A stretch of DNA of 64,000 nt, from positions 1-64,000 of the forward strand of contig CBFFRP010000520.1 of assembly GCA_965644295.1 (NCBI GenBank). The letters are read 5' to 3'. The notes beneath the pieces are model-generated. The model worked only from the letters and a program-made list of their open reading frames with translations. It made no database searches and was not told where the DNA came from. Both the position numbers and the translations under genes were made by a program. Positions 25,361 through 36,969 of the stretch are shown one piece after another. This DNA comes from Paraphysomonas bandaiensis (taxonomy: Eukaryota > Protista > Chrysophyceae). Positions within the stretch are counted from its first letter, which is position 1, and the number at the start of each line of letters is the position of its first letter.

Positions 25361-25625
25361 TATTAGGATTCAGCTTAATACATGATTGTATCTGTGAGTT
25401 ATAATGTTCAATGAAATACACCATGAACTGAATTAGAGAGAGTATCTGTCGAAGATACGTGATCGTCATCATAACGTCGTCATTATCAGTTACACTTCTA
25501 ACTATTCCGTTGTGCATGATAGTACGTCCTATATTGTTATTCATAATTTTCACTCTATCGTGTTCATTACTTACACTCTAATAATCACAACATTGTTTTA
25601 CTATTATAAAGATCAATTCTTTATT
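25361..25625 (+). repeat. 3' LTR
   Basis: Matches the 5' LTR. Confidence 0.95.
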
Positions 25626-25765
25626 GTGTCCAGAGGTGCGGTTAGTCAAGGGGGGCACGACGTTTTTAGGGGAGGGTCAGAGATATGATTTATGATTGAT
25701 TGCTGTGTTTGTGAGTTGTTCAAGCTCAGTTACGTAAGTTACCTCATTATCCAAATATGGTAGCT

Positions 25766-25875
25766 CCTTCAACAAAGTCGGAATCGCACCTTTTCGTGGT
25801 GTTCTGGGGGATAAGTTCCGGGAAGCTAACGTGAGCCGCATAATATAACATAGTCATCAGATAATTTTCTGTGCT
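25766..25875 (+). mobile_element. Family R 5' fragment
   Basis: CCTTCAACAAAGTCGGAATCGCACCTTTTCGTGGTGTTCTGGGGG...GCTAACGTGAGCC. Confidence 0.75.
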
Positions 25876-27649
25876 CTCATATATATAATATAATATAATA
25901 TAATATATTATATTAATATGATGATGGTTTGTACGTACAACTATCCAGTAAAATACAATCCCTTTGAACACATGGAAAATATTTGTTTGGATTTCTTTCT
26001 TTGTTTTTTTCGTTAAAGTTCGAGAACTATTCAAGCAATAATATTCTTATTATTATACAAAATATTATTATTATTTTGTAAACAATTCTTAACTCTTGTA
26101 CAAAAGCACCGTGACAATAACTGTTTTGAGATAATCCTCTGCATTACAGCTTTAAGATGCTTTTGAAATCCATTCTCATTCCTTTTCCTCTCACTTTCTT
26201 GCGGTGTGCATAGATTAAATAAAGATATTATGAATCAGAAAACACCAAAACGAGCATCCACCGAGCCATCCATTCGTATACAGGCAGAGACAAGCGGCTC
26301 AAATGTGGACCAAAACTTGATGTGTGTCGCTTCCATATTTAGTACAAAATACTGTGGGGTGGACACGAGAAGTCGCGTGAGTGCACGTACAACTGCAGCC
26401 AAATCTGAAAATTCAGTACAAAGAATGTTCCGCTCCCAACTAAATAAGACCACCTTGTGAATAAATGTGACAAACCACTGCTGCTGAACGATCGCCTCAG
26501 AGAGAAGAGATCTTCCACTTTTTGTAAATTTTCTGTCCTTCCCTCGCGGCCATGGCTCATCTTTTCTTGTGGCAGACTAACGCTTTCATCCTAGTTAGAC
26601 CTCTACCCTACTATATTGGCACAGGTTTTTTAACGCCTATTGCTAAATAAAAAGACTTTCAATAACGCTTTCATCAAATGTAAACTCTTGGATTTTTTTG
26701 GATGGTTCACATACAGGTATTCCGGTCTCTCCACATAACAACAGAAACGGTTCAGAAGACATCCTCTACTTCACTCTCAGTGATGCCGTCACAGTCATCA
26801 TCTCTTGTTGCGGGACATATACGCATAAGTATTCCACAGGAATTCAAGCTACACTCCTCCAACTATGGCGGGGTGTGTTCATTGTTCATGTGATATATAT
26901 ATATATATATTATATAATAGTGAACATTATATATAAAATACATGGCATAGATAATACTCATCAGTCGGATCAGAGAGCCTTCCGTCCGACACGTACAAGA
27001 GGAAGTGATGAATTATACGTTCCTCAGCTTATTGGGGCGACGGTGTTATATATATATAATATGTCGATGAATACGCATATATCTAGTTCATTCCACTGAT
27101 ACGGATATCATCCGAACGGTACCCCTAACATACTGTCTGTAATAGAGGTGTGCCATCAATTTACAAGTAGCCATCGTAGGTTAAAAGCGTGCTAGAATAC
27201 AAACCAACAGCATTATAGGCAAATTATAGTCAACTAAACAAAATATTATCTCTCTGCTGTTGGATGAAAAGAGAGACTTGTCTTTCACTACGACTCGTAC
27301 TTCCTAGTGCTTCTTTTTTCTTATATCATCTTTGTTTTTAGTGTGCTCGTCAGTGTCTCACATTTGAAAGATACTCACCAGAGGTTTTAAAAATCCTAGG
27401 ATTTATGGGTAGTTGTTTTTGTATAGAGAGAAATGTTTAGCATGTTAGAATAATAACAATAATATTATAATATATTATAATATATTATATATATTTATAT
27501 GCAGAGAATTAGGGAAAGATGGATACAGTATAGACTACATACTATATTATAATAAAGTCGAGGTAAATTACGTATTATACCAAAACCTGGTAAAAAAGCG
27601 ATTTCACCAGGTTTCATATTATATATATCTAAATGTCGGGTCTAGTGTT

Positions 27650-28150
27650 GCTTCTAATGCAGATTGGGGTCACGCTGTTTCACGAATGGGTACATCGTGT
27701 TTGCTTCAGGTAGAACGCTCACTTGGCAGTCAATTTTACAAGTCACTGTATCAACTTCATCAATGCAGAGTCAGTATCAGGCCATGTATGCTGGTATGCA
27801 GTATGCAGGAACTGGAGGTGCTATAAACAATCTGGGACTAACCCTAACCCACCTCAAAGTGCTCGTGATTTGGCATTGAATCCACTGGTTCATAAGCGTT
27901 CGAAATATTATATTTAAAATGTTCACTGGATACGTAAACCAGGGCTGCGTAACAATTACTTGCAATTAAATTGAAATTAGTAGCTAATAGCTCGCGCAAT
28001 CAACTACGACTATTTGCAACTCAATTAATTGTTACGCAGCCCTGACGTTAATATACATACATGTTGATCCGGATCATCCAACACTGCGATATTATAGCAT
28101 GTTGAGACAGATGATCAGAGTGCTGACATTTCTACGAAGTCATTTTGTGG
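27650..28150 (+). pseudogene. Degenerate copia RNase H fragment
   Basis: TWQSILQVTVSTSSMQSQYQA, QSARDLALNPLVHKRSK and DDQSADISTK in shifted frames resemble copia RNase H motifs. Confidence 0.75.
27940..28044. mobile_element. hAT-like MITE (105 bp)
   Basis: Perfect TIR CAGGGCTGCGTAACAATT / AATTGTTACGCAGCCCTG. Degenerate 8-bp TSD ACGTAAAC/ACGTTAAT. A partial copy lies at about 38306. Confidence 0.8.
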
Positions 28151-28683
28151 TGAGATTAGAAACATCAGTGAGGTGAAATAATGAGAAAACCAGTGTATCT
28201 TTTGGATACTAAGTATATTTGCTCAATATTACAACATGTTATCCAATTTAGTGCACCATATGAATTATGAATAGATGTAACATTAACTCTTACTATATAT
28301 ATACTAGAAAATACATGACAGGACACCAAAAATGTTAACTAATTTCAACAATAACCCCCCACAAAACTGGGCTTTCTATAAACTTATATAATTTGACTTC
28401 ATTCACAGGATATCTGCTATGACTACTATGTACATCTCCTACAGACAACTGAGGAGCAGAATTGTATTTTCCCAAGTAATCACAAGAGAATTAGTTCATT
28501 ACAAACTCAAACGAAGGAACGAGTCATATGTGTCAATGAGCTGAGGATAAATACTTACAGTAGAACTAACAGTGCATCGCCATTTAAATGTTTTCTCAAC
28601 GATGAACATGATGAAGGATGATATCCAATCAAATTACTACATACATGCTCCCAAACACAGAGAGCTTAAATTTACTGCGTCGG

Positions 28684-30425
28684 CTAGAACTGTAAGTCCA
28701 TACAGTCGTCAGAGCGCATTTCGTGATAACAGGTTGGACACTTGAACCGTCCACCACGCTTCGGCAGAGATCTCATACTGGACTTGAGAATGACATGACC
28801 GCACAACAATAGCAGTGGACAGTTATCTGTGTAAAGATATCTGTGAACTCATAACGAAGCGCTATTCATTTCGGATACCTGATGTTGCAGTCTCTCGGGA
28901 AACGGGACAGGAAAAAACAGAATGAAATCTGTATAAAACAGTGACAAAAGGGGTAAATGCTACGTATGACTCACATAAGGTCGGGGTCGGCAGGGTAGTC
29001 GAGAACCATGGTGTCTAAGTCAGACCATTTGTGCTGCTGAGATCCCTGTGATATAGGGCGTAATGAAACGCCTTTCTTAACACTTGGGGCGGCCTCTATT
29101 CCTGTCATAGAGTGGAGCATATTTAACGTTAGCGAGGTGGGGAATAGGAAATTAGATTGGCACGCACCACTGCTGAGAAGGGTGATAAGGTGACTTCGGG
29201 ATGGCAAATCGTAAAGTTGTGCAGATGCTTGAATAAGATGCAAACTGGCTCTGCTAGAAGCCCACTCAAGTGTTAGCTGGGGATAAAATGCTGACCAAGG
29301 CAGAACTTCAGGACATGAAGCTATATCCTTTTCTGTAGATGTGACCACAGGTGTAGGGGACGAAAAAAGGAGACAACCCATGAGTTGCCTCAATTCACTC
29401 GAATACTGCTCATCCTGTGTACATGATGAAGTCACAAAATGAAAATCATGCTTAGAATATCGTACCCTGGAGTAGTAGAGAGGGAATAATGCATGCGCCA
29501 AATCCAGGGCAGTTGACTGATTACCAGCAGCAAGAAGTCTTAAATACCTCACGACCATAAGGTCGAATGTCAGCCTGTCAGGACCAATACCATTCCCGTC
29601 ACAAGCACTATTAAATTTATTTAAGGCCTCAGCATGCGTAGCAACCCAGTCCTCAGCTGCACATAGATCGCCAGCACCAAGACTCTGAAGCCAAACACAT
29701 CAGCCAAATATTTTTACATAGATATAGGGTCATGGACCTTTAGTATACTGTGTATGGACTGCATATGCTGTTCCTCTGCTTTAGACACCTTATAATGACC
29801 TGAACTCCTGAGGGCATCAACACATCCTGTCTGAGCTACTCTACACAAGTGCTCGCCCGTCAACTCCAAATATGGGTCCTCACTTGACGGAATCACAGGC
29901 GAACTGCGTAGTATAAGCAGTGTCACCACAGACTGCACTTCTCTTACCTGACTTCTAACGGGGCGTCTCCGACCTAAGCAACATCCGTTATACGTACGTC
30001 TGTACATATCTCTATCTATATACCTATATGTATGTATCTCTATCTATATACCTACGTACATATAGCTCTCATGTACACATCTATAAGTATGTCTCTCTAT
30101 ATACATATACATATACGCGAATCACCTTATCGAGGACTTTGGTGTACTTCGATATGACGGCATGATAACTCTTCAGCTGTTGAGTGATGCATTCGCTCTT
30201 ATCCTTCCCATCAGGTACCTCAACTCCTCCCTCTCCCTCTCTGTCTCCCTCTCTGTCTCCCTCTCTATCTCCCTCTCTGTCTCTCTCTCTGTCCATAGCT
30301 TCTGATATCTCCTGCATAAGAGACCGCAGAGACCCCATGATCTTACTCGAGGCCTGCTTCTGGGTACAGCGGAGCTTACTCAGACCGGACATAACGCCCT
30401 TGTCCTTCTCCGCTACACCGCTCAT
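28684..30425 (-). CDS. RMND5: RMND5/GID2-like CTLH-complex E3 ligase subunit, spliced
   Basis: C-terminal FHSVFSCPVSRE..LLLCGHVI..RFKCPTC degenerate RING. LisH/CTLH/CRA-like segments upstream (EHLCRV, LMGCLLF, SHLITLLSSG). Confidence 0.85.
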
Positions 30426-31069
30426 GTTGGGCTATGTTATGCTAGTCTCTATAGATATATACACACTCTATTCTCTATAGACTTCTACGCAGAGACAGAC
30501 AGACTCTAGCTGTCATATGTACAGCACACTCAGCAGTATACTCAGCAGCAGTACGATTCGTAGCATGAAGTCCAGATTATCCTGACTGTGACCTGCCTGA
30601 TGTACACCTTATACAGCAGCATACGTACAACATACAGTGTCTTCTTCTATCAGGCGTGGACGTACTACGATCCTTCTGTTGTGGATAGACACGTAGACAT
30701 CTCTCCGTAGAATACTTGTACAGGAGTACACAGCACTGTGTATCCATATGGCAGACGTAGAGTACAGCAGTATTTTAAAGGTATACTGTGCGGTATAGTG
30801 AGTGGTGTGTAGTTCCACTATACGGTGTGTATATACAGCAGTATATGGTACATGTCTCTATGTATACTGCAGTGTAGTGTGCTGTACTGCTGTAGTGTAT
30901 CGTACAGAGGCTCCGCATAGAGGTGCACAGCAGCAAGTACAGCAGTCCCAGTCCCAGTGGATCATCCTCACCCTCATCCTCATCTCTCATCATTGAGCCA
31001 TAGATACAACAATCTCCTGCACTACAAGGACCTGCAATAGACTAGCATTGTATCTGTCTGGTTCTGATA

Positions 31070-32149
31070 ATGTCTCGAGGTCGTCGATCTAATAACAGTA
31101 ACGCTAGCAGGGACTGGAGTGGCTATCTGATTCTGTTGGCAGTCATCACAGTAACGATCGTGTTTGTTCCTGAGTCCATAGCAGATTCAGCGGGTAAAGT
31201 AACTGTTGGAGTGGTGTGGTACTGCGGGTGGATCACAGCTGTTTCAACTGGATTAGGAGTGCTGCCATTCTTCTTTGTTAGTAATCCGAACTCGTACTGG
31301 ATGGGAATATCAAACGCTATTGCTGGAGGCATGATGATCGCTGCCTCATACAGCCTCTTTGTAGAGGGGCTTGAGGCTAATGATGTACCAGGTATGAGTG
31401 ACATTGTTGTGGTTATATAATTCGATCTCGATTAACATGCGGGTATCCTGTCAATAGGATTTTACGGATATCACGCGGGTTTCCGCACTGTGTCTGGTTT
31501 TCTTCTTGGTGTGATTTTTATCGTGCTCACCAAGCGCGTACTAGATCAGTACGAAGGTCTTAAAATTGGGTCCGTGGAAGGGTCACGGATATTGCTCATC
31601 ATGTTCGTGATGACTCTACATTCCGTCTCAGAAGGAATCGGCATCGGTGTTGCTTTCGGTGGGTTTGTTACCACAAATATATCATCAAGAGTATGAGTGC
31701 TCAACTGAATTTTACAGGTGGTGAGCGAGGCACACATCTCGGCAAGTTTATTTCTCTATCGCTGGCGATGCACAACATTCCTGAAGGGCTGGCTGTAGCG
31801 CTGGTTCTCTCTTCAAGGCGAGTGTCCCGATTGCGCACAGGTATGCTGAAATTATGAGTGATATATTACGTTTTAATATTTCCTTTCAATCATAGCGCTG
31901 TGGTGTATTTTTACTTCCATACCACAGCCATTTATGGCCATTCCGGCCTTCCTGTTCATAGAGCACTTTACTCCCATGCTTCCAGCTGGGTTAGGGTTTG
32001 CTGCAGGGGCAATGATCTTTGTTGCTTTCTTCGAGCTGCTTGCAGAGGCAGTTCAAGAAACTTCCCTTACTCAGACCGCTACTGTCAGCACTGCATCTTT
32101 CTTACTCATGATCTATGCTCAGGAGTCAGTTAAAATATCAACCATGTAG
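31070..32149 (+). CDS. ZIP-family (ZupT/GufA/ZIP11-like) metal transporter, spliced
   Basis: [53 protein letters not shown] and [10 protein letters not shown]. Confidence 0.92.
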
Positions 32150-32683
32150 TGTGGAGTGCAGTAAGTGTACATAGCCTTCATTTCATCTGCCCCCCTGTCT
32201 GCCTGTATGTGTAGTAAAAACAGCAAAGCTTAGGCTTATAGGTGTAGCTATATCTGAAATGACAAACTGGCAAATGCAGGAGTATATTTTGCCACCTTAG
32301 CTATGCTATAATTATTTTTAAAGCAAGAGTTATGTCGCGCTTGATGTCCTACAATTACATAACAACTAACAACCTACCAAGGAAGCTACAACAACAGGAG
32401 TAGGAATAAACTACACAAAGAAATTGCATTTAAAGATACGGCTACAACATATCAACCTTACTAGCTTTCTAATATAGAATTCAGCGCGTACTGTGATTTA
32501 CAAAGCTCTATTCAGGTTTAAGTACAATAGACCTCTGTCCTCTGTAGCACATACACACACAACACATAATCTTTTTGAGAGAGTTATAAATATTATTTAC
32601 ATTATATGTCACAAAAGTGTATATTTCGCTGTTTGTGAGCAATTTGGTGTAATTTTCTAGTCGCATCAGAAATAGTGTATATA

Positions 32684-33029
32684 TTGAAAGTCTTATTATT
32701 AGCAATAGGCGTTAGAAACCTGCACCAACTTAGTAGTTAGATGAATGCTAGACAAAATACTTAGACCTCTACCTGCAATCAGTACACACGTTCTTTATCC
32801 TACTATTTAGCGCTACGGAAACTGTTTGTGCGTCGCCGCAAGCACCAAGGTGCGACCACTTACGCTCTGAGTTCTTACGGTGAACATCCCGGATGCTTGA
32901 CTTCAGCAGGCAGCCCAATACCCCGGTTACCCATCAGGTGGGCCCTGTCCCTGATGCCCTTGAGGTGGACCCATTCCCGGATGCCTGTTTATTTGTCAGG
33001 GCCCAAAGACGTCTATACAAGTTGAGGGC
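32684..33029 (-). mobile_element. Family R copy, internally deleted
   Basis: Reverse complement of 63567-63905. The terminal GTTGAGGGC is joined directly to ...TATACAAG, so the 5' domain is deleted. Confidence 0.8.
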
Positions 33030-33130
33030 TCTCTATATATATCTCTATATAGTTTTGTTTAAAATCTCATTATTAAGGATAGGTTGTGAATCTCATTAAT
33101 ACTCAATATATTTCAGTTTCATTACTATTT

Positions 33131-33784
33131 GGGCCAGATAAAGATATATTGGATTGCAATGTATTGCAGGTATTTATTCTTGCTTGCTGCAATATAATAT
33201 TAATTAATATATTAACAAAATTTGCCCTCGCAATAATATATTAATATATTATTTGTTGTTCATGCTTGTGTGTCCTTGAAAATATATATTAGATTAATCA
33301 TAAATCACAGAAGTCATCTATTATTACAATATATATATAATCTATATATTATATATATTATATAATATATATCGAATAATTCCAAGAACTATTCACCAAA
33401 TGGTAAACACTCCATACTGTGTTAAACGTAGTATGCTGTTCTACTCATATACAACTAAAGACTGTCCGATTATATTTTTTATATGATGATCTGTAAGTGC
33501 ATGCCAGGGTAAACAGTCAATAAGCAAGGTGTTAGTAATAATATGATCGCCATATCCGCCAATTTTGGTCACAACACCAAAATTATTATATTCGGTTCCA
33601 AAGTATTTCGACCACCATCTCTTTCATATTTATTGCACACAAGAAGGTGTTGCTTTACTTTTCTTCAAAGCAAGAAAACAAGAATACTAAAAGCGTACTA
33701 GCTGCTGTATTACTATTAGATTTTTATCATCATAATAAAATTGTAACTTCAATATATATTGCAATAATATTGTTATCAGGCCCT
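33131..33784. mobile_element. Possible old AT-rich hAT-like MITE
   Basis: Imperfect inverted ends GGGCCAGATAAAGATATATTGGATTGCAAT / ATTGCAATAATATTGTTATCAGGCCC. Confidence 0.35.
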
Positions 33785-34075
33785 CATTACTATTGTTCCT
33801 GTCCTATATTGTTAATAATTCATGTATGTAGAGAAATATTATTCAACCTCTAGTCAAATAGGCTAAATTACTAAGTAGTCACATATACTTTGGTGCAAGA
33901 GAACCTAATGAAATAAGTATTTCAATATCTACATTCATTAAATAAATTATGACTACGTAAATACCATTAACATCTAATCATATTTGTCAACCTAACCATT
34001 GTGAACTGAATAACTTATATATGAATTACTTATTGGCCAGATTTTTACTCTTGACTAGGGTTTTACACTTTTCCT

Positions 34076-34382
34076 GCCCTCAACAAAGTCGGACTCGCAC
34101 CTTTTCGTGGTGTTCTGGGGGATAAGTACCGGAGAGATTCTCTCTGGGAAACTAACGTGAGCGGCATATGTAGTCAGCAGATATTGTTCTGCTCACTCAT
34201 AGCCGAATACTTGTGTGGTACAAGGAACACCAATAAGTGTCAGTGGTTGCACCTTGGTGCTTGCGGTGACGCACAAGCAACTTTCATAGCACCAAATATT
34301 GGCATATCATCAGAGTTATAATTTTCTTTGTTACATTATTTCTGACTCTTACACGCCTATTGCTAATAATCAGACATTTACT
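34076..34382 (+). mobile_element. Family R copy, bipartite (5' domain joined to 3' hairpin and tail)
   Basis: GCCCTCAAC...ATAAGTGTC joined to AGTGGTTGCACCTTGGTGCTTGCGGTGACGCACAAGCA; about 160 bp missing relative to the 63396 copy. Confidence 0.8.
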
Positions 34383-34700
34383 TCTATAGATAATATATAG
34401 AGTATAGAGCATTCTGACAAATACGGTGAGACCTCGGCTTCTTAAAATGCACTATAACTTTTAGTTCTCTCTAATTCGGGTGCATTTAGTGCTCGACGAT
34501 AACGATATATAGTTGTGAAGAAAAATTTTAAATGCACATTTCACAATCACTCCATAAATTAATATTAGGTGCACCCTTCACGCATTGTTGCACATGTGTG
34601 CCATAACGTATGAGTATAAATAATTTCATATTCGTAACTTGTACCTCCCTTCAATCAAACATTTATAGAAAAGAATCATTACGTTGCAAGACTACGAGCT

Positions 34701-36518
34701 TCAAGGTTGTACATAATTTGGCCGCATAAAAGGGCTAGACACGAGGTTAGATATGCTACTAATAAGGCGAATTTCCTCTTCAGAGAGAACATCGACACCC
34801 TGAGCAACAAGTTTCTCCGCCTCCAGATTGGCTTCCATGTGCCATAAATTTGTTGACCGGACAAGTACACCTACACCCTGCTGCAATGCCCACTGAAGGA
34901 GAACGGAGGATGCAGACCTGTTGTGGCTAGGAGAAGATGCAACCGCGGAGATCAGTGGGTCATGGAGGGGAAGCAAGGCAAACGGGAAGGAAGAGAAGGG
35001 ACTGTAGCCTACCATTACCAGACCAAGTTGTCTGCATAACTCGAGTATATCGTCTCCCTCACTGTCCAGCTGTCTCCCAGAGTGATACACATCGAACTTG
35101 TTTTGAACAACGCTCGGGGAGACTGCATTCTTCCTTTCACTTAGTATTGTTGCTTCAAGGAAGTCTCTCAACTGTCGTGAATTAAAGTTGGAGACTCCTA
35201 AAGCTTTCAAAACTCCACTAGAATAAAGTTGCTCCAACACACCCCATGTGCTCGCCGTGAGCTCTTGACTACTTAAAGGGGAATGAAGATAGTAAAGATC
35301 AATATAATCTAGGGAAAGCCGATCAAGTTGTTCGTGTACCAAGTCTGCAGTTCTTGCACCAGCATCCCCTTCAAATGACAGCTTTGTCGCCACAAATAAC
35401 TCATCCCTGGTCACTAATCCTGTTTCTATTGCTCGGCGTATTCCCCGACCAACCTCCAGCTCATTGCCATACGCCTATATAGTGATATAAGGACAAACTG
35501 CCGATATAGTGATATAAGAACAGACTATTTTTAGTGCCCACCTGTGCCGTATCTATCGCTCTGAATCCAGCAGCAATTGCCGAATACACTGCCTCCTCAC
35601 ATGTACTTCCCATCAGCTGCCAGGTACCTAGCCACATCCCGGGCATAGCAACATCGTTGTTCAGCTTGTAGGCTACTCTTCCTTCACTATTCTGCATCCT
35701 TACAGATATAGGAGGCGGCAACGAGGGGGGATAGTACCGCCTGGCCACCTCAGATATAATCGGTTTCGGAGACTCGCCTAATAGCGCTTGTACCTCAGCT
35801 TTAACTGTGTCCAAATTAGACAACATGAGCATCATACGCCGAGCCAAGGCATCACTATCGTACGAAAGGCCGGCGAATATGTCTTCAACAGTATGTTGTA
35901 TCCTTTCTTTTACGCCATTCGCGTGCGCAGTGTCTGCAACAATCTCGTAGAGTCGCAAAGAATACAGCGCTACCTCAATCAAGCCGTAATTTAGCAGGAA
36001 TTCGCTCGGAGAGCTAAGGCTGATACCAACGTAAGAACTATTGCGGAGAACGCTGGACAAGCGACCGTGCATGGTTACTGCCGCAAAAAAAATATCGCCT
36101 TCCTCGGCACATAACTGGCCAGTTAATTCCATCAACCCCTCAACAATATCCGGCGGTTCAATATGGAGTGACCGGCGAGTAAAGGGGTTCCATGCGACTG
36201 CATATCCACATGACTGAGGGCAGTGAACCTGAACTGCAACAGAGCACATGACGCCACAACAGTTACGACCAATCGCCTACCGTATCCCGGATTATTCGAA
36301 CACTCTCCCTCTATAGCCCATTGGCCGCATAGATGGTGATCGTCTCTGGCGTGTTGCATGCAGCTGGACAGACAGTGTGTCCACATGTAGCGGGGATTAG
36401 CAGCACACTCGCCCTCAAGAGACCACTCATTACATCCCCCTGCATCCACACACACACAGAGACATACACAAACACATGCGACTAAATACACCACTGACAT
36501 GTATGTGTTTCTGTGCAT
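34701..36518 (-). CDS. Aldo/keto reductase with N-terminal signal peptide and two ShK-like domains, spliced
   Basis: CNEWSLEGECAANPRYMWTHCLSSC and CGQWAIEGECSNNPGY..HCPQSC. AKR motifs LGTW, GFRAIDTAQ|AYGNE, RDELFVATK, LDYIDLYYLHSP, LGVSNF. Confidence 0.88.
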
Positions 36519-36969
36519 ATATCTGGATATGTCACTCTAAGCAAGGGCGGTTAGAGTGCAGAGTGCTGTAGAGCAGGAGGGTGTGCGTATGATGATGATG
36601 GTCATACACACAACTGTACAGTACCAGTATACGGTGCAGTGTACGGCGGTATATCTGGATATCTCTCAGTACAGAGTAGACTACAGCACAGTAGAGTGCT
36701 AGAGTGGATACCAAGATCAGATTCGATACAGCAGTACAGCACAGTACAGTACTGTATATACTGCTGCTGTGTACGGTATATCCGGTATATCATAGTAGAG
36801 AGCGGTGTATTCCGGGACGGTATTTCATTGTATAGTGCTCATATCGCTGATGCTGATAGCTGTGTACAGCAGTGAGATGTGCAGCAGCCCCAACACCCAG
36901 CACACACACATATCGATCCCCACTATAGTCTCTCTAATTCATTAGTTGTAACTATCTGTGGAAGTCTAT

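Larger units (their letters stand above)
19893..25625 (+). mobile_element. Intact Ty1/copia LTR retrotransposon
   Basis: Two apparently identical 265-bp LTRs, GTGTC TSD (19888-19892 and 25626-25630), PBS, PPT and a single gag-pol ORF in copia order PR-IN-RT-RH. Confidence 0.97.

Noticed and set aside
26690-26880. LDGSH resembling a Harbinger DDE motif
   Set aside because: A single short match with no downstream catalytic motifs.
30228-30292. CT-rich 12-bp tandem repeat
   Set aside because: Encodes the REGD repeat within RMND5 exon 1; ordinary coding low complexity.
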